This document shows positions 46,603 to 55,497 of a stretch of 64,000 bases of DNA, in pieces. Location: NCBI GenBank assembly GCA_050292965.1, contig JBNKMF010000011.1, forward strand, positions 5,010 through 69,009, given 5' to 3'. Under the pieces are notes generated by a model that saw nothing but the letters and a program-made list of their open reading frames with translations, had not been told where the DNA came from and searched no databases. The position numbers were made by a program, and so were the translations under genes. Positions within the stretch are counted from its first letter, which is position 1. Every line of letters starts with the position of its first letter. Source of the DNA: Gammaproteobacteria bacterium (GTDB lineage: Bacteria > Pseudomonadota > Gammaproteobacteria > GCA-001735895).

Positions 46603-48833
46603 TGACTTAACACCTTAATACGTTGCATAACAACTGGCTCACTGAATGAAGCTAACCCATTGGCCCTGTTCTCTAGTGCTCGCTGATAAAACGTGATCGC
46701 TGAAGCTATTTTTTCCAGATGTTCAAGACTGATCGCCATGTTATACGCATAGTTAGGGTCATTGGGTTTGTACTGTAGCGCTTTAAAATATTCACTTTGC
46801 GCTTCCGGCCAACGATTCTGATTACCAAACATATTACCTAATGCAAAATGCAGATAAGGGGAATCTGGTAACTCAGTCAATAGCCGTTTTATTTCCGTTT
46901 CTCCAACCTGCGGATCTACATTAGCTACTGAGATAAGTGATGTCATCGCCAAATCATCCTTCGGATTGGCAAGTAAAAGCTTCTGATATAAAGTAATAGC
47001 ATTCTCAAATTGATTATCATAAACATGAATAGCAGCCCTGCCTAATAATGCATCCCTGTTCTCCGGGTCAAGGGCGATTACCTGCTGATATTTCTTCCTG
47101 GCTTCACTAATATTTCCAGATTCATAGGCAGCATAAGCTTCAGCCAATAGCTTATCTTTTTTAGAAACACGATTATTTGAAGAAATTCGCAAAGAAGTCT
47201 GTTTAGTAGGAGATGCTGATGGTTGTTTTTTTGAACTTGGCGCAGTCTTCGTAGCAGGTGGCTTCTGCGCCTGGCTTCTCAAAGAGACTACTGAGTCTTT
47301 TTGTGCCTGAGTTTGGGCGGCTGTAGCGCCTTTATCTTCTGTGCTAGCCTGCTGGAGCTCACCCGAAACACCTTCATTAATGGCATTTGCGTTCTCTATC
47401 ACCTTAATCGCTTTATTATCAACCTGCGGAACAGATGAAAACAGCTTAACCGGTTCAGGTTGATCTTTAGGTTTAATAATTCCCGGCATAGGGTCTCTCT
47501 TTAAAGCAATCAAATTATTATCGATTGATTCAGATTCAGACTGGATTTGAAAAAGACCCCAGATAACAACGGCCAGTAAGATACTTAAAGCAACACCGGC
47601 ATAAACTTTGTAGTAATAGTTCTTAACACCGCGAGATTTGCTGATAAATACCTTTTTAGCATAGTCTGGCGTCATCACAGAGTCAGTCTCTGACCTCATC
47701 CCTGGAAATATACGGGAGACATCATTTTCTGACAGCTTCATCAATGTCCTGTCGTAATTGTCAGGTGCAAAGGTACGTGTAAAAGTATTATCTTTTATGG
47801 TTACCGTTTCATCATTGGTTAATTTTTCAATATTTACTGTAGATGAAGCTCCATCAGCGTTCTGTAACGTCGAACTTTCATCATCAAGCTGGTCTGCATT
47901 TGAATGATCATTAGCGTGATCCTGTAAAGACTGCTCACCAACGAAGCCACTATAGGTAGCAGATTCAGTTCGGGTTGAGTCCTGCCCCGATGGATATTCC
48001 TGATCATCCATCTTGTCCTGTTCTAATTCATCCTGAGCTATATCTGCCAGAGTTAGAGAATCTGAATTTGAAATTGTTGTATCATCAGGCCCTATATGAC
48101 TGACCGGCGTTGGTTTTGAGTCCTGAGGGTAATGACCATCACCAAGAAACTCTGTAATATCGTCAGGCGTTAAAACTTCGGTTTCATCTTCTACAGGCGT
48201 ATCATCTTCATCATCTAGAAATGATAAAACCTGATCATCATCTGAATCCCAGTGGGAATTTTCCTCTGCAGCTAGTTGAGATAAATCCAGCTTACTTATA
48301 TCCAGTTCCAGAGTAGACTCCTGACTGACCTGATCCAGTTGACTACTTTCTACCTGAGTAGAACCTGTTTTCAAGGTTGTATCAGTCGCCTTTTTATCCC
48401 GCTGTGAAGCATCCAACTCAACTGCATCAAGCTGGGTAGCATCTACCCGAGTTTCTTCATCACTAGAAGCGGACTTTAGGGGATCCAGTTCGCTAGCCTC
48501 TGGAGCCTGAGTAAACTGCTGGCTGGAGTGATCTAATTGGGTGACATCTATCTGAGCAGGATCAATTTTTAGAGTCGTGTCAGTAGCTGTTTTATCCAGA
48601 TGGGTTGCTTCTAACTCAGTTGCATCTAACTCAGTTGCATCAATCTGGGTGGCATCAAGTTTTTCAGCACTCAGCTCAGTTTCCGTCATCGCCACTGTTT
48701 TATCTGCGATGGTTTCGTCATCTGATAACTGAGTTTTAGTCAGAACATCTGTTTTTTCTACCGATGTATTTTCAGCATCTTTCTGCGCTTTCTTCTCAGC
48801 GGCTTTTTTCAATGCATCTAATAGTAAACTCAT
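46599..48833 (-). CDS. GspB/MshN-like bitopic TPR protein with a long acidic repeat region
   Basis: N-terminus MSLLLDALKKAAEK (GspB/MshN-type). About 350 aa of D/E/T/Q-rich repeats (LDATQIDATELDATELEAT…). One TM helix around 47555-47620. C-terminal TPR repeats. Confidence 0.6.
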   Translation of the reverse strand: MSLLLDALKKAAEKKAQKDAENTSVEKTDVLTKTQLSDDETIADKTVAMTETELSAEKLDATQIDATELDATELEATHLDKTATDTTLKIDPAQIDVTQLDHSSQQFTQAPEASELDPLKSASSDEETRVDATQLDAVELDASQRDKKATDTTLKTGSTQVESSQLDQVSQESTLELDISKLDLSQLAAEENSHWDSDDDQVLSFLDDEDDTPVEDETEVLTPDDITEFLGDGHYPQDSKPTPVSHIGPDDTTISNSDSLTLADIAQDELEQDKMDDQEYPSGQDSTRTESATYSGFVGEQSLQDHANDHSNADQLDDESSTLQNADGASSTVNIEKLTNDETVTIKDNTFTRTFAPDNYDRTLMKLSENDVSRIFPGMRSETDSVMTPDYAKKVFISKSRGVKNYYYKVYAGVALSILLAVVIWGLFQIQSESESIDNNLIALKRDPMPGIIKPKDQPEPVKLFSSVPQVDNKAIKVIENANAINEGVSGELQQASTEDKGATAAQTQAQKDSVVSLRSQAQKPPATKTAPSSKKQPSASPTKQTSLRISSNNRVSKKDKLLAEAYAAYESGNISEARKKYQQVIALDPENRDALLGRAAIHVYDNQFENAITLYQKLLLANPKDDLAMTSLISVANVDPQVGETEIKRLLTELPDSPYLHFALGNMFGNQNRWPEAQSEYFKALQYKPNDPNYAYNMAISLEHLEKIASAITFYQRALENRANGLASFSEPVVMQRIKVLSQ

Positions 48834-48855
48834 AGCAATCCCCTGTCGGTTGTCG

Positions 48856-50430
48856 CTATTCTGCTAACAGACGGGGTTTAAGGTAGCGTTGAAAATCAGT
48901 CAAATCGCCATTCAAACTCGCACTATCGATAATTCTGGGTCTGAGAAAAATAACCAGTTCAGTCTTGTTAGTATTTTTTGCCTGTGTCCCAAAAAGGACG
49001 CCGACACCTTTCACGTCATGCAATCCGGGGATACCTGCACTATTCTGATCGGTGCTATTTTCCATCAAGCCCCCAATGATCGCCGTTTCTCCATTGGAAA
49101 CTCTGAGTACCGACTCCATCTCTCGCACCTGAATCTCAGGCACCTTATTAGAAGAAGCAGTATTTACTCCGTCTGGCATTGGTGCCTCTATGAATCCAAG
49201 AATTCTGGATATGGTAGGACGAATATTTAAAATGATTTCTTCACTATCGGTAATAAAAGGAGTGACGCTCATAACAAACCCAACAGGCACAGTATGGACC
49301 GTAGAAGTAAAAGTCGTCGTTTTTCCGGTATTATTATTGATAGCAGCCTCTTCTTTGACCTTGGTTGTAAAATAAACACGGTTGTCTACCACTTTTAATA
49401 TTGAAGTCTGGTTGTTAATCGCCATGATTTTGGGACTGGACATGACTGATACATCGCCAAATGAGTCAAGCGCTTTAAGGGCCGCAGTTATTTTTCCATC
49501 ACTATTATTCCTGATATAGCTTGCTGTCAAACTGGGGGGAGAACCCAGCGTGTTTCCAAGTACCTCTTGCTTAATGGTCCAACCGTTTCCATTAGCAATT
49601 CTTTCCCAGTCGACGCCTGCCTGAAACTCATCGCTAAGGGTCACTTCAACAACGGTAGCTTCAATTAATACCTGTTTGCGTACACTGGACATAACCTGAT
49701 CGATAAAGGCCTGAATTGCATCATGATTCGAAGCTGTAGTCATAACAGAAATGGTTCCGCCCTCTTTATTCACAATCACCGTACTCTCAGCACCATTACT
49801 GCCCGCTATAGCTATAAGGTTAGCCTCCATAGTCTTCCAGAAGCTATTATCGCTCTTATTTGTGATATCAGTAGAGGAGTTACTGCCACCACCGCCACCG
49901 CCTTCCGCACTGGACCCGGTTGAAGCAATCTGAGTTGCAATGGATACACCGGAGGTAGTTGATCTTTCCATATTCAGATAATTGATCTGATAGTTACGCA
50001 TAAACGGTAAATCTCGTTCTACCACCAGATTAGGGCCATCAATGTAGTAATGCAGATTAATTTGCCGAGAAATTCTTTTAAGGATCTGTGGCAATGTTTG
50101 ATCTATCGCATTAATACTCACATTTCCAGAAATTGCGGGGTCGATATCCAGATTCAGACGAGCGTCTCTGGCTAAGGCAAACAACAACTCATTAGCTGGC
50201 AAATCAGTGGCAACTACAGTAAATACCTGTAATTTTTTAGTTGGTTTGGGGGCTTCCACTATGGGTAATTGATGCACTACGGCTGGAATATCCTGCTTTA
50301 TCGCAGGTTTTTCGGGAACAGCATTGCCTAAATGCCCGGTCGATACGGACATGCGATCATCAGTACCTTTCGATACAGTCTGGCAGGCCACAAGACTGAA
50401 TAGCACCGTTATAAAAGTTAGATATTTCAT
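48856..50430 (-). CDS. Secretin, MshL-like lipoprotein
   Basis: Lipobox LVAC, N-terminal domain, poly-Gly/Ser linker, secretin core VLIEATVVEVTLSDEFQAGVDW…GIPGL…LVIFLRPRI. Confidence 0.85.
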   Translation of the reverse strand: MKYLTFITVLFSLVACQTVSKGTDDRMSVSTGHLGNAVPEKPAIKQDIPAVVHQLPIVEAPKPTKKLQVFTVVATDLPANELLFALARDARLNLDIDPAISGNVSINAIDQTLPQILKRISRQINLHYYIDGPNLVVERDLPFMRNYQINYLNMERSTTSGVSIATQIASTGSSAEGGGGGGSNSSTDITNKSDNSFWKTMEANLIAIAGSNGAESTVIVNKEGGTISVMTTASNHDAIQAFIDQVMSSVRKQVLIEATVVEVTLSDEFQAGVDWERIANGNGWTIKQEVLGNTLGSPPSLTASYIRNNSDGKITAALKALDSFGDVSVMSSPKIMAINNQTSILKVVDNRVYFTTKVKEEAAINNNTGKTTTFTSTVHTVPVGFVMSVTPFITDSEEIILNIRPTISRILGFIEAPMPDGVNTASSNKVPEIQVREMESVLRVSNGETAIIGGLMENSTDQNSAGIPGLHDVKGVGVLFGTQAKNTNKTELVIFLRPRIIDSASLNGDLTDFQRYLKPRLLAE

Positions 50431-50465
50431 TGTTTTTCCCAGTCCTTACAAGAACCTGTTCAAAT

Positions 50466-52136
50466 TTATAACAACTCTTCCTGCATTCGGTTGATAGAAT
50501 GCAAATAGGGTGAATTGACTCGCAACGATTCGGGTAATTGTTTAATGCTCAAATTCCCCAAAGTAACGGTAGGGTACTCACCATAGAATACCCGGTAAAT
50601 ACTGCTATCCTTCAACTTGACTTCATATAGATATGTTTTATCCAGATCCAGAGGCCAGTCATTTTGCAGATACATTGCGAGCTCTTTCATCGCTACCTTG
50701 CTGCGCATCATTACCTGAATAGAAACACCACTCCTGTTAGCTGCATTCAACCATTTTTTACTCTGTCGTATTTTACTCTGTAACCATGCGTCATAGTTTT
50801 GAGTTATTTTACTTGAAGACTGCGCTTCAAGAGGCTGATTTCCAGTAACTTTATCAAGTTTAACTCCTGATTGTTGATTTTTTTTTGAACTACCCGACTT
50901 TTTATCAAGTGGATTTATCTTATCGGCATTTGCCACCTGTAACTGCAAGGTTTGTTTTTTGCCCGTCTTACCATCTTCTATAGCAGCATTATTTTTTTCT
51001 GCTACCCTTAACTCTGGCTCAATAACTTCTAGCTCTGGCTCAATAACTTCAGGTCCAGCCAATTGATGATCCACCTCTTCAACGTAGGACTGAATTTCAG
51101 AAGAAGCGGCAGCCTTATTCATCTTTTCTTCAACAGGCGCTGTAGCAAATGTGTTTTTTGAGTTTTCTTTTTCAGGCGCTCCAATTAACCCTACTATTTC
51201 TGTGCTCAACTTCGCCAGCGCCCCCTGCTTATACCCGATGTAGGCCGCCAGCAAGATTAACAGGGCAAATATCCCTGAAACCATCAGCATTATTATTGAC
51301 GGTGATTTGTTCTGTTTATAATGCAGCTCACTAAACCCACTATCTCTCACCGCATTCATCAGGTGCTTGCTAGTAATATTATGAGTGTCATCAGCAAATG
51401 CCGACAGGAGCATCTTATCAGCCAGAATATTTATGCGCCTTAACAAACCAGCCGAGTGCTTCGCCATCCCCTGAGCCAGCTTTTTACTGATAAGCTCAGG
51501 CCCTGTATAACCGACTTCTCGCATTCTGAAATTCAGGTATTTATGAATCTCTTCAGCGGTTAAAGGTGAAAGCTTAAAATCGTGGGTAATCCTTTCGCGT
51601 AACTGGCGAATAGATTTATTAGCCAGATTCTCATCCAGCTCAGGCTGACCGAACAGGATAATTTGCAATAATTTATGCTGATCAGTTTCAAGGTTGGATA
51701 ACAGTCGTATCTCTTCGAGCGTTTCCAGCGGCATTCCCTGAGCCTCTTCAACAAACAATACGACTTGCTTATTTTCAGCATGCCTTTTTAAAAGATAGTT
51801 CTGCAGCATGCTAACCAGCTCATGCTTGGAGGCATCGCGCTTCACATCAAACTTGAGCTCATCAGCTATCACAAAAAGAATATCTTCTGGGGACACAGAT
51901 GGGTTAGCGATATAGATAATCTCAACATCGTCAGGCAGTTCAATTTGAAGCATACGGCATAGCATGGTTTTACCACTTCCCACTTCACCAACTACCTTAA
52001 CAATACCTTCGCCTCGGTGAACGGCATATACCAGCGCCCCAAGAATATCTCCACGATGTCCACCGTCAAAGAATAGAGAAGTATCCGGCGTGATGCGGAA
52101 TGGTTGTCGAGCTAATCCAAAGTACTCTTCATACAC
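50466..52136 (-). CDS. ExeA/GspA/MshM-like AAA+ ATPase fused to a TM segment and a C-terminal SPOR-like domain
   Basis: MYEEYFGL…PF, Walker A GEVGSGKT, TM helix IIMLMVSGIFALLILLAAYIGY. C-terminus …VSIQVMMRSKVAMKELAMYLQ…IYRVFYGEYPT… resembles SPOR. Confidence 0.7.
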   Translation of the reverse strand: MYEEYFGLARQPFRITPDTSLFFDGGHRGDILGALVYAVHRGEGIVKVVGEVGSGKTMLCRMLQIELPDDVEIIYIANPSVSPEDILFVIADELKFDVKRDASKHELVSMLQNYLLKRHAENKQVVLFVEEAQGMPLETLEEIRLLSNLETDQHKLLQIILFGQPELDENLANKSIRQLRERITHDFKLSPLTAEEIHKYLNFRMREVGYTGPELISKKLAQGMAKHSAGLLRRINILADKMLLSAFADDTHNITSKHLMNAVRDSGFSELHYKQNKSPSIIMLMVSGIFALLILLAAYIGYKQGALAKLSTEIVGLIGAPEKENSKNTFATAPVEEKMNKAAASSEIQSYVEEVDHQLAGPEVIEPELEVIEPELRVAEKNNAAIEDGKTGKKQTLQLQVANADKINPLDKKSGSSKKNQQSGVKLDKVTGNQPLEAQSSSKITQNYDAWLQSKIRQSKKWLNAANRSGVSIQVMMRSKVAMKELAMYLQNDWPLDLDKTYLYEVKLKDSSIYRVFYGEYPTVTLGNLSIKQLPESLRVNSPYLHSINRMQEELL

Positions 52137-52197
52137 AGGTAATCACCCTAACCCTTTATTGTTGAAACCCAGAATATTTCTCATACCAGTTACTTTA

Positions 52198-53586
52198 TTA
52201 TTCTCCTGAACGCCCCATACGCCCATACAGTGTCGAGCGATTGACACCCAGTAGCGCAGCCGCTTTACTCATGTTATTGGAGCTTTCTTTTAGCGCAAGT
52301 TCGATATAGCGCTGTTCTAGACGTTTTAACTCTTCATTTAACTGGAAATCTCCTGAATGCAGGTTTTTCAGAAAGATCTCATCCTCGTTCATCCCAGCAT
52401 TGCGTACCCTTTTACCCGTCATCTCAATATCCAGCACCGAGCGCTTGATGGTTTGGCCGGGATACTTAGCTGATAGTCGAATGACTATATTGCGCAATTC
52501 ACGCACATTGCCGGGGAATTCATATTCCATCCACAGAGATTTCGCGTCTTCATCCAGCACAAAACCCTGAGTTTGGGGGTTTACTAATTGCTGAAAATGA
52601 TCAAGCAATACCAGCTTATCCTCTTTTCGCTCATGCAGACCAGGAACTCGCAATGTAAGCACACTGAGTCGGTGGTAAAGATCTTCTCTAAATTCCCCCC
52701 TATCTATAGCGGCCAGCAAATCTTTATTGCTAGCAGCCAGCACTCTAGCTGTAGAGGTACGCGCTCGAGTTTCTCCAAGGCGGTAGTATTCACCGTTTTC
52801 CAGTACGCGTAGTAATTTAGCCTGCAAATCGAGCGGTAAATCGGCGATTTCATCAAGCAACAACGTGCCGTCACCAGCCTCTTCAAAAAAACCATTTTTT
52901 GAATCAGTTGCCCCGGTAAATGCGCCTCGCACATGACCAAACAACTGAGACTCCAGTAACTCCCCATTAAAAGCGGCACAATTTAATGTAAAAAAAGGGC
53001 TGGATTCTCTAATACTTAAGTTATGCAAATAATGAGCAGCCAACTCCTTACCACTACCCGAAGCCCCTTCTATTAACACCGGGTAAGGAGAGTCGGCCAA
53101 CTGTTTGATCTGCATGCGTAATAATTCAATAGCTGGACTCTCACCGACTATGCCTTTTAGTGGACGTTGCTCAGGCTCGTCATTTTGATCTTTACTCAGG
53201 TAGGGGCTTAAGCGTGCTTTAAGAGCTGCTACATCACAGGGCTTGGAAATAAAATCAACAGCGCCCAGCTTTTTGGCACTTTCGACATATTTATGATCAT
53301 CCTGACCCGATAAAACAATAATCTGAGTCATTGGAAAATGTTCATGAATATACTCAATGACCGCAAAGCCTTCATCGGGTTTATGAGTGTCTGGAGGCAG
53401 CCCCAGATCAACCAGGGCCAGCATGGGTGGGGTCTGATAGCAAGCTAAAACCTGGATACAATTGAGTCGATCATAAGCAATTTTCACATCGTACTCATCA
53501 CTTAAGACGTACTCGAGGCTCTCTGCAATAATCGAATCATCATCGACCAATAAAAGTGTGGGATGCTGGATTGACTCGGAATTCAT
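52198..53586 (-). CDS. Sigma54-dependent response regulator (NtrC family, possibly PrsR-like)
   Basis: Receiver domain with VDLGLPPD, AAA+ domain with GASGSGKE and GAFTGA, C-terminal HTH AAALLGVNRSTLYGRM. Confidence 0.85.
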   Translation of the reverse strand: MNSESIQHPTLLLVDDDSIIAESLEYVLSDEYDVKIAYDRLNCIQVLACYQTPPMLALVDLGLPPDTHKPDEGFAVIEYIHEHFPMTQIIVLSGQDDHKYVESAKKLGAVDFISKPCDVAALKARLSPYLSKDQNDEPEQRPLKGIVGESPAIELLRMQIKQLADSPYPVLIEGASGSGKELAAHYLHNLSIRESSPFFTLNCAAFNGELLESQLFGHVRGAFTGATDSKNGFFEEAGDGTLLLDEIADLPLDLQAKLLRVLENGEYYRLGETRARTSTARVLAASNKDLLAAIDRGEFREDLYHRLSVLTLRVPGLHERKEDKLVLLDHFQQLVNPQTQGFVLDEDAKSLWMEYEFPGNVRELRNIVIRLSAKYPGQTIKRSVLDIEMTGKRVRNAGMNEDEIFLKNLHSGDFQLNEELKRLEQRYIELALKESSNNMSKAAALLGVNRSTLYGRMGRSGE

Positions 53587-53687
53587 GGGGTATCACTAAA
53601 AAATAGTACCACAGTATACTGTTGAAATCTCAACAACTCAAACTGTACGCGAACACTTACAGGGAAATTATTGATATTCCGAGTGTT

Positions 53688-54149
53688 TTAGGGTGGCGGA
53701 TTTGAAACTGTTGCGCGTATTCTGCGCGAAACATAATCAGGGTTGGCTCTTCCACCCAATATATAAACGCCACTGCTTGCTGTGGCAGTCAACTCATAAA
53801 CAATCACGTCCACGGTACCTTCCCGATGAGTTGATTGAGCGCAATTTAAATCGACAGTAAAAGGCTTTAAGGCTGGCTCAGCCGCTCCAAAAGCGACAGT
53901 AGTCGTGTCAATACTGGAAGCAGCACCGGTCGCATCGATACAGACCGCATTACTTACCAAAAGCCGGTAAATCGCATAATCCAGTGCCGAGCGTGCCGCC
54001 TGCATTGCCTGAGCACCTCTAACTGACATCGCAACGGTACTATGCTGAACAACACTCATATTGACCATATAACCCAACAGGCCCGCCACGACCACCAACA
54101 GAAAGATGGCAGTAACCAGCGAAAAGCCTTTTTGTGTCGCTCTTATCAT
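53688..54149 (-). CDS. mshP: MSHA minor pilin-like protein MshP
   Basis: QKG/FSLVTAIFLLVVVAGLLG without Glu5. Last gene of the msh pilin set. Confidence 0.6.
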   Translation of the reverse strand: MIRATQKGFSLVTAIFLLVVVAGLLGYMVNMSVVQHSTVAMSVRGAQAMQAARSALDYAIYRLLVSNAVCIDATGAASSIDTTTVAFGAAEPALKPFTVDLNCAQSTHREGTVDVIVYELTATASSGVYILGGRANPDYVSRRIRATVSNPPP

Positions 54150-55039
54150 GGCAGGTTATCCACATGCACCTGCTGTAACAGGCTGACAGTTTCACCCTGA
54201 GCATCACTTATTGAAATTCCAAGTGTTATCAAGCCACCCCGTTGCGCCGTTCCCGGCTGATAGTCGATGCTACACGAACTTACCTGAGTGGCTACAGTTC
54301 CCCCAACCGCCCCAACTAGCTTAGAAAGTTTTAGCACCGAATCAGTACTAGCATGTGCCGCCTGAAAGGCATATCCAGTATATCGGTATAATTGCCTTGT
54401 CGTGGTATCACAGATATAACTCACAGGTCCATCAACTAGAAAAACCCTCTGCTCTGGTGATTGAAAACTGAATTGATGTTCCTGAGCTAATGTGACCCTT
54501 TGCTCATCATCCTCTGGTTTTGCATTGCCTCCATCATCACCAGTTAGAGTTACATCCCCTGTTGCACTAATAATACCGTTATTCGAATTCGCTGCCGCAT
54601 CGTTATAGATCGACGCGCTAGTATTGTAAATAACTAGTCGTAAACCTGAAAGCGTGCCTGTTGGCACGTTAGAAAAGCGTCCTAGTAGATTAAAAGCTTT
54701 ATCTGCAACTGTAAAATCCAGGATCTGATCAGGTTGTAAAAAATCCCCACCCGCTTCATCTCGATATCGCGCGCCATCAACCGTATTGACCAGCTCCAAA
54801 GCCCAACTAACTGGTGCAGCACTGGTAATACGAATACTATTTGGCAGCGCTCTTCGGATATCTGTAGTAATCTTACGCAAAGACATTTCAGCCGAATCTA
54901 CCAGCTGCTGCCTGCGCAACTGGTCGCTATAGGCTTCAATGGGTTTAGAAATTAACAGTCCGGCACCGGCAGCCATAATACCCAGCAGCACAACTACGAC
55001 GATTAATTCGATTAAGGTGAAAGCGTGCTGCCTGTTCAT
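54146..55039 (-). CDS. mshO: MSHA minor pilin MshO
   Basis: …HA/FTLIELIVVVVLLGIMAAG. Its size (297 aa) and position fit MshO. Confidence 0.6.
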   Translation of the reverse strand: MNRQHAFTLIELIVVVVLLGIMAAGAGLLISKPIEAYSDQLRRQQLVDSAEMSLRKITTDIRRALPNSIRITSAAPVSWALELVNTVDGARYRDEAGGDFLQPDQILDFTVADKAFNLLGRFSNVPTGTLSGLRLVIYNTSASIYNDAAANSNNGIISATGDVTLTGDDGGNAKPEDDEQRVTLAQEHQFSFQSPEQRVFLVDGPVSYICDTTTRQLYRYTGYAFQAAHASTDSVLKLSKLVGAVGGTVATQVSSCSIDYQPGTAQRGGLITLGISISDAQGETVSLLQQVHVDNLP

Positions 55040-55497
55040 CTATAACTCGTCCTGAAACTGGACAGGGTGATGGGGGCTATAGCTGGATGAGTCACCACCA
55101 CATCTATGCGCACTGAATTTGCTACTCCGATAGTTTCAAGAGGCTGCCCTGCCACAGTCACCGATACGCTATAAGACGATAAGGAAAGGATCTCAGCACC
55201 ATTTTGGTCTCTCACTTTTGTATCAGGCAGTCCGTTATAGTCCTGAACATTATCAAAGTTCGCCCGCGCTTCACCACCAATCCCATCCGGGTCAGTAAAT
55301 GCCTTTAGACGAATTTCCTCCATATAAGCTTCTGCAATCGCCAATGCCTGTTGCTGGATAATTGGGTCGGCGCTTTTAGCTACCATATTGCTATACACAC
55401 CCATTAATACGGTGCCTGCAATACTGATCACCACAATAGTGATCAGTATTTCGATCAGGGTAAAAGCCGAAAGTTTGCGAATGGAATTATTGCGCAT
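55036..55497 (-). CDS. mshD: MSHA minor pilin MshD
   Basis: …SA/FTLIEILITIVVISIAG…ALAIAEAYMEEI. Confidence 0.6.
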   Translation of the reverse strand: MRNNSIRKLSAFTLIEILITIVVISIAGTVLMGVYSNMVAKSADPIIQQQALAIAEAYMEEIRLKAFTDPDGIGGEARANFDNVQDYNGLPDTKVRDQNGAEILSLSSYSVSVTVAGQPLETIGVANSVRIDVVVTHPAIAPITLSSFRTSYR

